A stretch of 64,000 nucleotides of DNA, taken from assembly GCF_963921235.1 (NCBI RefSeq), contig NC_086097.1:165046001-165110000 (forward strand). Direction: 5' to 3'. Both the position numbers and the translations under genes were made by a program. The notes beneath the pieces are model-generated. The model saw nothing but the letters and a program-made list of their open reading frames with translations, was not told where the DNA came from and made no database searches. Positions 49,371-62,329 of the stretch are shown in pieces. Position 1 is the stretch's first letter; the number at the start of each line of letters is the position of its first letter. This stretch comes from Mobula hypostoma (lineage: Eukaryota).

Positions 49371-51504
49371 GATTGCCACCCAGCAAGTGCAGGAAAAATT
49401 ACAGAAACTGTAGAGTTTAAAAGACAATAACCAAAGCTAAAGCCACTCCTTTCAAAACGCTGGGATATAGGTTATCAAATTATTTAGATTTATTGACTTT
49501 CATTGTCACTAACATCTCAAATGCTTTTATTTTATAATTAATACTTATTTCATTCAACATAGTGCCTGCATTTGGTGACAAATTGGAAGACAATTGTAGT
49601 TGCCTGTCAATCAAAACTTGTAAGCACATGCCTGTAGATAGACCAATATAATTTGCACATGAACGTCCTCCACTCACTGCACTTTTTGAAAAAAAAAGTT
49701 TTTATCCGGATTACTAACTTTCATTTCTGTTTCCTCTACTCTTTAAATAGATATTGCTTTCTGAGCATATTGACTGTTTTTCTTGCACAATACATCTTGC
49801 TGTGTGTCATATGGGCCGCTTCACTTCCTGTTTCTTTGGCTGATCCACTGTCATAAGTACAATGTTTATGGGGCATGTGCAGGAGACACAGCACAAAAAT
49901 ATTTATCTGAAATTTGAGCACAAGATATTGCACATATGCATTTATATAAATCAGCCACAGCACATAAAAAACAAGAACAAACCAGAAACCTGATTTTTTT
50001 AAAAAATATTCAGCAACTTCAGTGGAACTTGATAACTCTTCATCAGAGGTTAGAGAATAAGCATGTTTTAAGCTGCAGAGAAGGTACATTCTAGTTCCAT
50101 CTCCTCCAGACATCTAAAATGCACTTGACAAGCTTCCTCAGCTGACACCAACACTATTTGTGTTTCTCCTAGACTTTGTCCTATCCCTATCACCAACTGT
50201 CATTTAAAACATGTTTTTTTTAACTTTACCTAATTCTGATAGAAGTTCGTCACTTTCTATTTCCACAGCTGAGCCTGACTTGTTATGTGTTTATAAAATT
50301 TTCTTTTTTTTAATCTCAGAAACACCATGGATGTATTTATTTGCATAACACTGCACATCAGATGTTTAAAGGAAAAAGTTGCACATTGGCCCACTCCAGA
50401 CTGCTGCAGTGAGAGGTGAGTGATGCGCTAAAGATAGATGCAACCAATATAATGACTCTGTGAGGAGCACCACAATCCAGGTTCCTACTGGACATTTAGG
50501 GTTGAGTTTGCAAGGGAACCCCTCAAAGAACAGAGGGTGCATTACCCCAGAGGGCCAAATGAGAGCCAAGTTTGTGACTGTGAAAGAAGTCACTAGAGAG
50601 GCACTGAAGCTAGTTGATATTCAAGTCTTTATTCAGCAAAATGCGCAACAGGGATCATATTTGAAATAGTCTTGGAAGAAGAGACCTGTTTGACCCAATA
50701 TTACATGATATTTTAATATGCTAAAGATTAAAGATAACAGCAGGACAATTCTATAGTTACAATGTAACTATAATGCTTCTTTTGATTGACATACAATTTT
50801 CAAACACCTCCATCATCACACCCGTACTCCAGACACCCAAAATGAATGTTAATTCCCACTGACTATGGTCCACATTCATGCATATGCAGGCACCTGAGGT
50901 CAAATGGAATGTTCCTTTGTTTGCAATCAGCCCCAAGATGCAGCTCCAGGAAGATCATCACTCAGAGCTGCATTTTAAATCCAATCTACAATCCATGTTC
51001 GGGTGTGAAGACTGGCTGCTGTTGCTATATTCCATAACTCCAGAATGCATCCTAGCACTCTATTCAAAAATAAGTGTCAACACTACTACATACAGAACTA
51101 GCAACACTGAATGTATTGACCAAATGATCCTAAGAATGTCTACTTCCTCATTACTCTTAACATCACAATCTACTTTATGATATTGCAAATTATTGTTTAT
51201 CTGCACTGCATTTTCTTTGTAGATGCTGCACATTAACCTGCACTCTTATTGTGTTACCTTGTACTATCTCATGATTTGATCTGTATGAACAGTATACCAG
51301 ACAAGTGTTTTACTGTAATTCACTACTTGTGGCAATTATAAACCAATTCTAATTCCACTTGTTAAGAATGTAAAAAGCTTTGCATTGCATTCTTGTTTTG
51401 TAAATTCAATTATAAATAGAGACCACTTTTAAAGTAAAAAAATACATGACATTGCACACCAGAGGCAATACACACTCATTGCATGACACTGCACATCACA
51501 TGCA

Positions 51505-54500
51505 GAACATATAAATATAGGAGTAGAATTAGGCCATTTGGCCCATTGATTCTGCTCTGCCACTTCATCACGGCTGATCCAATTTTCCTCTCAGCCCTAA
51601 TCCCCTCCCTTCTCCCTGTATCCCTTCATGCCTGACCAATCAAGAATCTATCAAACCCTGCCTTAAATATACATGAAGACATTGCCTTCACAGCTGCCTG
51701 TGGCAGCGAATTCCACAAATTCACCACCCTCTAGCTAAAGAAATTCCTTCTCATCTCTATTCTAAAGCAACACCACTCTATTCTGAGGCTATGTCCTCTG
51801 GTCTCAGACTTTTCTATGATAGGAAACATCTCCTCCACATCCACTCTATCAAGCCCTTTCATCATTTGATGGGTTTCAATGAGATCGCCCCTCATTCTAA
51901 AGAAATCTAGTGAATCAAGGCCCAGAGACATCAAACACTCTTCATATGACAAGTTATACAATCCTGGAATCATTTTCTTGAAACTCCTTTGAACCCTCTC
52001 CAGTTTTAGCATATCCTTTCTTAGATAAGGGGCCAAAGACTGCTCACAATACTCCAAGTGAGGCTCCATCAATGCTTTATAAAGTCTCAACATTACATTT
52101 GTACTTTCATATTCTAGTCCTCTTGAAATTAGTGCTAACATCACATTTGCCTTCCTCACCTTTGACTCAACCTGCAAATTAACCTTTAGGGGATCCTGCA
52201 CAAGGACTCCCAAGTCCCTTAGTGCCTCAGTTTTTTGTATTTTTTTCTCTTATTTAGACAACCTTTCATTCCTTCTACCAAATTACCAAATTGCATGACC
52301 ATACACTTCCCAACACTGTATTCCATCTGCCACTTCTTTGCCCATTCTCCTAATCTGTCTAAGTCCTTCTGTCGCCTACTTCCTCAAAACTACCTGCCAC
52401 TCCACCTATCTTCATATTATCTGCAAACTTTGCAACAAAGCCGTCAATTCCATCAGCCAAATCATTGACATAAAATGTAGAAAGAATCAGTTCCAACACA
52501 GACCCCTGTAGAACACCACCAGTCATCGGCAGCCAGTCAGAAAAGGATCGCTATATTCCCACTCTTTCCCTCCTGCCTCTCAGCCACTGCCTTATCCATG
52601 CTAGAATCTTTCCTATGATACCATGGGCTCATAGCTTGTTAAGCAGCCTCATGAGTGGCACCTTGTCGAAGGCCTTCTTAAAATCTAAATACACAACGTC
52701 ACTGATTCTCCTTTGTCTATCCTGCTTTTTATTTCTTCAAAGAATTCCAACAGATTTGTCAGGCAAGATTTTCCCTTGAGGAAACCATGCTGACTACAGC
52801 CAATTTTATCATGTGCCTCATCCATAATAATCAACTTCAACATCTTCCCAGCCACTGAGATCAAACTAACTGATTAATAGTTTCCTTTCTTCTGCTTCTC
52901 TTCCTTCCTGAAGAGTGGAATGGCATTTGCAATTTTCCAGTCTTCTGGAATTATTCCAGAATCTATTCTAGTGATTCTTGAAAGATCATTACTAATGCCT
53001 CCACGATCTCTTCAGCCACCTCTTTCAGAACTCTGGGTGTACACCATCTGGTCCAGGTGACTTATCTACCTTCAGACCTTTTAGTTTTCCAAGAACCTTC
53101 TCTCTAGTTATGGTAATTACACACACTTCATGACCCCCGAAACCTGGAACTTCTACCATACTGCTAGTGCCTTCCACAGTGAAGGCTGATGCAAAATACT
53201 GACTCAGCTCACTAGCCATTTTGTTTTCTCCCATTACTACCTTTCCAGCATTGTTTTCCAGCAGTCCTATATCCACTCTCACCTACTTTATGTGTCTGAA
53301 GAAACTTTGGTATCTTCTTTAATATTATTGGCTTGCTTACTTTCATATTCCATCATTTTCTTCTTAATGACTTTCTGTAGTTGCTTCCCAACCCTTTAAC
53401 TTCCCATTAATTTTTGCTCTATTATGTGCCCTCTCTTTGGTTTCTATGCTGTCTTTAACTTCTCTGGTTAGCCATGGTTATGTCATCTTTCCTTTAGAAT
53501 ACTTCTTCCTCTTTGGGATGTACATATCCTGTGCTTTCCAAGTTGCTTCCTGAAATTCCAGCCATTGCTGCTCTGCTGTCATCCCTGCCAGTGTTCTCTT
53601 CCAATCAATTCTGGCCAATTCCTCTCATGCCTCTGTAATTCCTTTTGTTCTACTGTAATACTGATACATCTAACTTTAGCTTCTTCTTCTCAATTTTCAG
53701 ATGAATTTGGTCATACCATGATCACTTGCCCCTTAGCGTTCTTTTACCATAAGGTCTGTAATCAATTTCAGTTCACTGCACGTTATCCAATCCAGAATAG
53801 CTGATCCTCCAGTGGACTCAACCATGAGCTGCTCTAAAAAGCCATCTCATAGGCACTCTAGAAACCCCTCCTCCTGGAATCCAGGACTAACCTGATTCTC
53901 CCAATCTACCTGCATATTGAAGTCCCCCATGACTATTGTAACGTTGCCCTTTGGCAGGTATTTCCTATCTCCCATTGTAATTTGTAGACCACATCCTTAC
54001 TACTATTTGGGGGCCTGTATACAACTCCCATCAAGGTCTTTTTACCCTTGCGGTTCCTTAGCTCTACTCACAATGATTCAACACCCTCTCCTCACAACAC
54101 ATTGCCTCTGTTTGTAAACCAGCTACCTCATCTTCAGCACTATTAACTGCCTTTCCTATGATACTTCTTGCGTTGAAATATAGGCAGCTCAGGATACTAG
54201 ACTCACCATGCTCAACCTTTTGATTCCTAACTTATCTGAGATCTTACCAACATCTGTCTCCACAACCTCTCCACTAACTGTTCTGGCGCTCTGGTTCCCA
54301 CCCCCCTCCAACTCTAGTTTAAGCCCCACCTTGCAGCATTAACAAACTTACCTGCTAGGATATTTGTCCCCTTACAGTTCAGGTGCAAACCACCTCTTCT
54401 GTACAGGTCCCACCTTCCCTGGAAAAGAGCCCAATGATCCAAAAATCTTATGCCCTCCCTGCTACACCAACTCCTTAACCATGTATTAAACTGTATAATC

Positions 54501-54840
54501 TTCCTAGTTCTGGCCTCACTAGCATGTGGCACTGGGAGCAATCCTGAGATCACAACCCTGGAGGTCCTGTCCTTTAACTTAACACCTAACTCCTTGAACT
54601 CCCCATGCAGAACCTCGTCACTCGCCCTAGCCATGTCATTGGTATCTACATGGACCGCAACTTCTAGCTGTTCATCCTCCCACTTAAGAATGCTGAGCAT
54701 TGAATCCATGATATCCTGGACCCCAGGCACCCGGGAGGCAACATACCATCCAGGAATCTTGTGCTCGCCCACAGAACCTCCTGTCCGTTGCCCTATCACC
54801 ATAGTGTGCCTGTCCTCCCTGCTTCCCCTCTGAGTCACAG
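51505..54840 (-). mobile_element. Long decayed CR1-type LINE (ORF1 SGNH esterase to ORF2 3' end)
   Basis: ORFs 54314..54838 (VHVDTND, FLDHW, GLHLN--G), 53025..53282 (KSPGPDGVHP) and 51731..52213 (LYKALMEPHLEYC). Confidence 0.9.
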
Positions 54841-54842
54841 AG

Positions 54843-56105
54843 TTTCAAAGTATTTTCAAAATATATTTATTACCAAACTACATATTGTATATGTTACCAT
54901 ATCAGCTTGAGGGAAAAAATAAATACAGAAGAATTTATGAAAAAAACTATACATAAGCAAAGACTGACAAACAACAATGTGCAAACGAAGACCGTCTGTG
55001 CAAATAAGAAAGAAAACAGAAATAATATGAGTTGTAGAGTCCTTGAACATTCATTTATAGTTTGCACAATCAATTCAGAGTAGTGTTTGAAGTTATCCAC
55101 TCCGGTTCAAGGCTCTGATGGTTGTACGGTAATAACTTGGTGCCACAGTAGCATAGTGGTTAGCGTGATGCTGTTATAGCTGGAAGTGTTAGAGTTCAGA
55201 GTTCAATTCTGACGTCTGTAAGGAGTCGGTACATTTTCTCCATGGAATGCATGGGTTTTTTTTCCTAGGTGCTCCGGTTTCCTCCTACCATCCATTGGTG
55301 TACTGGTTAGTAGGTTTAACAGGTCATTGTAAATTGTCCTGTGGTTAGGCTGAGGTAAAATCTGGGATTTCTGGGTGGTGCAGTTCGAAGGGCTGGAAGG
55401 GCCTATTCTGTGCTGTATCTCAATAAATAAACTGTTCCTGGACCTGTTGGATTGGGACTTAAGTCCTCTGTACCCCTGCCCATTGGCAGTAGCATGGCTT
55501 GGATATTGGGGGTCCATGATTTGGGTTCTGCTTTCTTGTGACAGTGCTCCAAAAAGTGCACTCAATGGTGGAAATGGCTTTGCCTGTGAAGGACTGGGCT
55601 GTATCCACCACTTTCTGTAGCCTTTTCTGTTCCTGGACATTGTGTTTCCATGCCAAGCTGTGATGGATATGCCAAATCTACTTAAACTTCTGAGAAAGCT
55701 GGGGCATTTCCATGCCTTCTTTGTAATGATACTTATGTATCGATCACAGGATAGATCCTCATATATGCTAATACCAAGGAGTTTGAAGCTATTGGCCCTC
55801 TCTACCTGTGTTCCCCTAAAAAGGATTGGTTTATGGACCTCCTGTAGTCAATAATCTGCTCTTTGGTTTTGCTTGTCTTTTGAGAGGTTGATGTTATGGC
55901 ACCACTTAACCAGATTTTCAATCTCCCTCCTATATGCCAATTTGTCACCACCTTTGGTTCTGCCAACAACAATGGTGTCATCAGCAAACTTAAAATACTG
56001 CATTGGAGATATGCTTGGTCACACATTCATAAGTATAAATTGGGTAGAACAGGGGACTAAGCACATAGCTCTGTGGTGCATTTGCGCTAATAGTGAGCGT
56101 TGAGA
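54843..56105 (-). mobile_element. Rex1/Babar-type LINE 3' portion, interrupted by a V-SINE at ~55138-55430
   Basis: Minus strand has FKFADDTIVVG- and KTKEQIIDYRR-like remnants and RLQKVVDTAQ; the V-SINE domain lies on the plus strand inside it. Confidence 0.75.
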
Positions 56106-56740
56106 AGACGTTGTATTCTTCTTCCGCATACTTTTATTATAAATAGAGTTTACTTTAAAAATGTAAGTATCAGATGCAGCGCATACACTGTGCATTGAAT
56201 GCAGCACACCCACATCAGATGAACGGGGTGGGTGAACCCACTCGGAGTTCGATTGCAGTTTCTGTGCGCTAGGCTGTGCAGTGGCGTCGATCCTTCGAGT
56301 TAGCGGCCGTCATGTCGCTGTCGGGCCTTTTCCGCTCTGCCGTTTCACACTCGGTAAGGTCGGAGTGTTTGTTCCGGGCTCTCCGATGTTTCGATGCGAG
56401 GCGGGCATTGTTTAGAGAAGGAAACAGGGGTAAGGGTTACAGCAGTGGCGAGGTTGGGCCCAGATCTCCATGTCCTTGGCCAGGCCTGAGTGCGGATAAT
56501 GGCGGCGGTCGACCTTGGTGGGGAGGGCGCCAGTGTCCCATCCTGGGTACAGTCCTCAATCACCCCCAGCAGACCTATCTGGACGTTGCCCCCCTCCCCG
56601 ACCCACTTGGAGTTGTCTCGCCAACCCGTCGACCCTCTGCAGCTAGCTCCAGCCCCATTCATTAATGACTGTTATAGTGTAATCGACTGAAATAAAATAG
56701 AGATGTCCTAAAAGGATGGCAAATGGCGCCACATAAACGA
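56090..56740 (+). promoter_or_regulatory. CpG-rich promoter / first-exon region of the plus-strand gene
   Basis: Abrupt rise in CpG and GC content with no repeat similarity; YY1-like ATAATGGCGGC at ~56496-56506 and AAATGGCGCC at 56721-56730. Confidence 0.6.
56312..56452 (+). CDS. Probable first coding exon of an unidentified gene; mitochondrial-presequence-like MSLSGLFRSAVSHSVRSECLFRALRCFDARRALFREGNRGKGYSSGE
   Basis: gccgtcATG Kozak context inside the CpG-rich region; peptide rich in Arg, Ser, Leu and Ala (8 R in 47 aa); candidate donors GG|GTAAGG (exon end 56429) or GAG|GTTGGG (exon end 56452); no downstream exon identified. Confidence 0.6.
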
Positions 56741-57750
56741 TCTAAGAATTACTACTCAGCCCGTTAAGCTTGTTCTGTTATTTATTAAGATCATAGCCAA
56801 TTTAATTTCAAACTCAGTTCTGTATTCCTATGTGCCTGCAAAGGTTTTCGACCTTTGTTTTCAATTGTTTAACAGCTTTATAAATATTCAAGGAAAAAGC
56901 TTCCATCACCCTTTGAAGAGAGTTCCAAAGGTTCATCGCTTTCAGAGAAGAAACTGTATCCCATCTACATTTATGTCCTCTTATAATTTGTATCTTTGAC
57001 CCATTCTCACACGAGTCCGAGAGATGAGTATTACAGAAAAAGGACCTCCATTTTGTCAATCTACACTAATCCCATTCGCCTGCATTAGGTGTATATCTAA
57101 CACAACACCTATTCAGGAGCTTCTTCAAATGCCTGAAACAGGACTGTGCAAAGATCTAATTGCTGTGAGCAAATTGTTTAAATGGAGAGAAACTGAATAT
57201 TGCACCTGCAGTTCAGAGGGAACTGAGTGACCTTGTATATCAGCACAGAAGGTAATAATGCAGGTACAGCAAGTAAATGGAACGTTGGTCTTTACTGTAA
57301 AAGGAACTGAGAAGAAAAATGGCAAAGTCTTTTTCCAATTGTACTATGTGCTGGCCTGGTCAATCCATATGGAGTTTTGGTCTCATTCATTATTGAGTTA
57401 CATGCTTGCATTGAAGGCAGTTCTGAAAAGATTCACTAGGTGGAGTTCTGAGATAAAGTGGTTGACGGAAAAATGAAAAGTGATCCTTTTGATGAGATAT
57501 GCTGATAGGATGTCACCTTTCAAAGGGGAATCTAGGACTAAACGTTCACTAAATTAAGAGAAGTACTTTTATTTTTCACATATTCATGAATATTAATAGT
57601 CCTCTACACTGGTGGTGTAGTGGCATCCAACACTGGATTTCAAGGTGGTTAGTCCTGAGTTTAAATCTGGCCGGGTCCTAACCTGGGCAGCAGCAGTATC
57701 TGTGCGGAAGAAAGGCCTGACCATGAAAACCCTTTGGACAACAATATCAA

Positions 57751-58437
57751 GCAACACACATCAAAGTTGCTGGTGAACGCAGCAGGCCAGGCAGCATCTC
57801 TAGGAAGAGGTACAGTCGATGTTTCTCTGGCGGACAGAGAAAGCAGGATCTCCCAGTGGCCACACATTTTAATTCCACATCCTATTCCCATTCTGATATG
57901 CCTATCCACGGCCTCTACTGTAAAGATGAAGCCACACACAGGTTGGAGGAACAACACCTCATATTCCGTCTGGGTTTCCAACCTGATGGCATAAACATTG
58001 ACTTCTCTAACTTACGCTAATGCCCCACCTCCCCCTCGTACCCATCCGTTATTTACTTTTATACACCCATTCTTTCTCTCACTCTCCTTTTTCTCCCTCT
58101 GACTATACCCCTTGCCCATCTTCTGGGTCCCCCCCCCCCGTCTTTCTCCCTGGGCCTCCTGTCCCATGATCCTCTCATATTCCCTTTGCCAATCACCTTT
58201 CCAGCTCTTGGCTCCATTCCTCCCCCTCCTGTCTTCTCCTATCATTTTGGGTCTCCCCCTCCCCCTCCCACTTTCAAATCTCTTACTAACTCTTCCTTCG
58301 GTTAGTCCTGATGAAGGGTCTTGGCCTGAAACGTGGACTGTACCTCTTCCTAGAGATGCTGCCTGGCCTGCTGCGTTCACCAGCAACTTTGATGTGTGTT
58401 GCTTGAATTTCCAGCATCTCCAGAATTCCTGTTGTTG
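57751..58437 (+). mobile_element. Penelope-like element (family B), 5'-truncated with a short inverted arm
   Basis: ~57833-58437 matches the family B 3' region; 57751-57825 is an inverted copy of the terminus; perfect 16-bp TSD TGGACAACAATATCAA (57735-57750 / 58438-58453); hammerhead motif 58304-58339 with a GUG triplet. Confidence 0.92.
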
Positions 58438-59164
58438 TGGACAACAATATCAATTCATTACAACTCATGTCCTCGGTGTTATTTTTTATTTGCCCAGGTT
58501 GTCTTCTTTTTCACATTGGTTGTTTGTCAGTCTTTATTTTTGTATAGTTCTTCATAAATTCGATTGTATTTTTTCCCCTGTAAATGCCTGCTGAAAATGA
58601 ATCTTAAGGTATTATATGTTGATGTATATGTATACTTTGATAATAAATTTATTTTGAGCTTTGAAGCGGAGTACCATGGAGGCTGAATTATTGTAGGAAT
58701 TTAAAACTTGAGTTAGTTTTTGGTCTGTTATAAACCCAAGAGAATAAACAAAAAAAAATGGATTTGAGGCCAAGATCTGACCAGCCATATTCTTATTGAA
58801 TGGCAGAGCAGGCTCAGTGGGCAAAATGGTGCATACTTACTCCTTTGTTTATTTTCTCAAGTGTGCAGTTTCAGATAAAATCTAAGCCATGCAATGGTGA
58901 AAACAGAAAAATTCCTTTCATAAGCACAGTGGAAATTTGGAACTTATTCCCCAAAGGATTTTGTTGTGGAATCACTTGAAGCTCTCGTGATCAATACATT
59001 TTTTGATTTGTGGTCAGTCTAACTAAATGGTGAAAAGGGCACTTTGAGGGATAGCAGCTGAACACCTGTTCTTTTGATATTAGTCCAGTCTTGGTGTACA
59101 AGAGGACATGATGTCAAACATTAATGAAAAATTGAAAGGTTGATTCTAATTTCAATTATAATTG

Positions 59165-60405
59165 TGGTATTGGAATTGGTATATTATCACATACCAAGAT
59201 ACAGTGAAAATTTGTCTTGTATACAGATCAAAGCATTACAAGGTGCATTGAGCTAGAATAACATAAAACAATAGAAATGCAGAATAAAATATAAAAGCTG
59301 CTGAAAAAATACAACGTGGGTAAACTATACAGTTCAAAATCGTAAAGAAGTTGAGTTTATCGTATAAGAGGTCTGATAAGAATCTGATAACAGTGAGATA
59401 GAAGCTGTCTTTGAGCCTGGTGATATGTGCTTTCAGGCTTTTATATCTTCTGCCTGATGAAAAAGGCATGAAGGGAGAATGTCCAGGGTGGGTGGGGTTG
59501 TGATTACGCTGGCTACTTTACAGAGAAGTATAGACAGTGTAGATAGAGGGGAAGCTGGTTCTTGTGCTGAACTGTACATAGAATATATAACTAAACAGCA
59601 CAGGAACAGGCCGTTTGACCCACAGTGTTGTGCTGAACCGAATAAATTAGTATCAAATTACTGAATAATCGAATCCCCTCTACCTGTGCAATGTCCACAT
59701 CTTTCCATTTTCCTCTCTTTCATGTGCCTATCTAAGCGTCTCTTAAAAGTCTCTAATGTGTCTGCCTCTACCACCACCCCAGGCAGTGCATTCCAGGTAT
59801 TAAAAAAAAACCTGCCCCTCATGTTTCCCTTGAAACTACCCCCTGTCACCTTAAATGCATGCCTTCTGGTTTAAGATATTTCAACCTGGGGAAAAAGATA
59901 CTATCTTTTTACTCTGTCTATGCCTATCTTAATCTGATAAACCGCTATCAGATCTCCCTTCAGTCTCCAGCTCTCCAGAGAAAACAGCCCAAGTTTGTCT
60001 AACCTCTTGTTATAATGCATGCCCACTAATTCAGGCAGCATCCTTCTACACCCTTTTCAAAGCCTCAAGATTATCCCTACAGTGGAGTGACCTGAAGAGT
60101 ATGCAGTACTACAGATGTGACCTAACAAGAGTTTAATACTCTAGCTGTGTCCATAACTCTATGCAGTTTGTTGCAAGTCATGTGTAGCGCAGCTGCCAAA
60201 CCAAGCCATTATGCATCCAGACAGAGTGCTTTCTCTGGTGGATGGATAAAATTTGGTAAGAGTCAAAGGGACATGTCAGATTTCTTTAGCTGTTGAGGAA
60301 GTAGAGGCATTGGGGAGCTTTCTTTATTGTGATATCCAGATGGTTGGACCAGGGTAAGCTATTGTTGATGTTCAAATCTAGAAACTTGAAGCTCTCAACC
60401 TCAAC
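59165..60405 (-). mobile_element. Rex1/Babar-type 3' fragment interrupted by a CR1 3' end (~59575-60135)
   Basis: ORF 59236..59469 (SGRRYKSLKAHITRLKDSFY) and ORF 59658..59849 (WNALPGVVVEADTLETFKRRLDRHM). Confidence 0.75.
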
Positions 60406-60454
60406 AATCAAATGAAGCTCACTAATGCCTCTCCTTTCTGAGGAGGCCATAAAG

Positions 60455-60990
60455 GAGCTGGATTATGCACATCAATATGAGTATACGTCATCCTAACATG
60501 CTGCATCACTGCTTGGCATGGGAACTGCACTGCGGCAGTCAAGACTGTCCAGTGCATCAGTGGCACCAGCCTACCTGCCACTAAAGACATAAGTGTAGAA
60601 AGGTGCTGTAAAAAAGCTAGCTGGTGGACTGTTTGTCCCATTGACATCAGGGAACAGGCTATGTAGCATCCATGGTAAGACCAGCAGGCTCAAAAACAGT
60701 TACTTTCCCCAAGCGGTAAACTGATAACACCTCCAACTATTAATCCACTCCACCACCACTACTTTTTCATTTCCTGTCAGTCACCTTATGCGCGGACACC
60801 TCTGTACTTGGCATTACATTATGTACATATAATTAATCTATTTACATAAGATATTTTGTGTATTTATATTTATTTTGTTTTTAATTATTGTGTATATTTG
60901 TTATATATTGCATTGGATCTGGAGTAACAAATATTTTGTTCTCCTTTACACTTGTGAACTGGAAATGACATGAAACAATCGTGAATCTTG
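60455..60990 (+). mobile_element. Rex1/Babar-type 3' fragment
   Basis: CITAWHGNC- and RLKNSYFPQAV-like remnants followed by an AT-rich 3' UTR. Confidence 0.65.
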
Positions 60991-62329
60991 TACATTGTTT
61001 TGTAGACATGAGCATGTGCCCTGCCCTCCTTTCTGAAGTCAATGACAAGCTCTTTTGTTGACATTGAAGGAAAGGTTGTTGTCATGACACCATGCCCTTA
61101 AGCTCTCTGTCTCCTTCCTGTATTCAGGGTCATGTTATTTAAGATGCAGACATTTGGGATATCACAGAATAGAAACAAAGCATTCCACTCATGAGACAGG
61201 AGTTGCCTTGAGAGAGGGATTTTAAGTTATTTGAGGAAAAGATTGGCCAGTAGTTTTGAAAGACAGGTAGGCAGTTCCTTAGAAGGAACAATTTACTATA
61301 TCTATCAGCATGATATTTAAATGTAAGGTGTTTAGTATGAATGGGGTTAAAGGAGCAGGCGTTGGGTTTTGCTGATAAAAACAAATTCATGAGGATTTTC
61401 AGAAACAGGAAAGCACAGTTAAGAACAAATGTGCTGGGAGACTTAAAGTAACTTTGTTTTGGCAGACAAAGATGGTAAAACTGAGACATGCATCATCATA
61501 GGAATATCAGTAAGCTGTTCAAGCCCTTGAGTCTGTTCTTGTAGTTCTGGTTGGATTTTATTTTTATTCAGTCTGCTTTGAGTGCAGGCTTTCTCAACCC
61601 TATGTTATATATGGAATGGAGTTTGCAAGTTTTTGTTGTTACTCATTACTGATTTCTCTGGAGTGTCGGGTGCTAACTGATGACCTGAGAGACGTAGAGT
61701 GCAGTCAGCCTTTTCATCTCAAGGCAAAAATGTCAAACGCTAGCAAACATAAATTTAAGATCAGTAGGGTGCAATTTGAAGGAGATTTATGAGGCTTTTT
61801 TTTCCACAAAGGGAGCGGCAGATGGCTTGGATTGTGCTGCCAGGGAACAGGGTGAAAACAGATAAGATAGCAGTAGCAACACTGAGGAGACAGACACGTG
61901 AACAGACAGGGAATCGAGGGGGAAGGGGCGGCGGTGGTGGTATAACCATGTGCAGGCAGATGTGCAATTTAAATTGGCATCATGGTTGGAGCAGACAGAA
62001 GGGCCTGTTGTGCTGTACTACCCTATAGCTTATAGCCAGTAACAGATGAGAGCTGAGGTATCAGAGAGAACTGGAAAAGGAAAGAAAGGCAAAGTGTATG
62101 ACAAACTTTCAGAGGGAATAGACGTGTACAGTTTAAAATTGTGAAAGCATGGGGCCAAAAAATGACCACCTTGAAGAACGTGATGTAAACTACTTTTATA
62201 AACTGCCTTTACAAAAATGATTTTTTTCCTATGTTATAGCTAAGAACAGGTTAGCAGCATGATCGAACTAAGTACTGGATTTGTGCCCATCAACCTTTCC
62301 CCTATTAAATATAAACTGATTTGACATTG

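Noticed and set aside
56453..56665. Remainder of ORF 56276..56665 and the antisense ORF 56345..56662 as coding
   Set aside because: Long open frames are expected in GC-rich first-exon islands; splice donors lie upstream and the peptide has no recognisable domain
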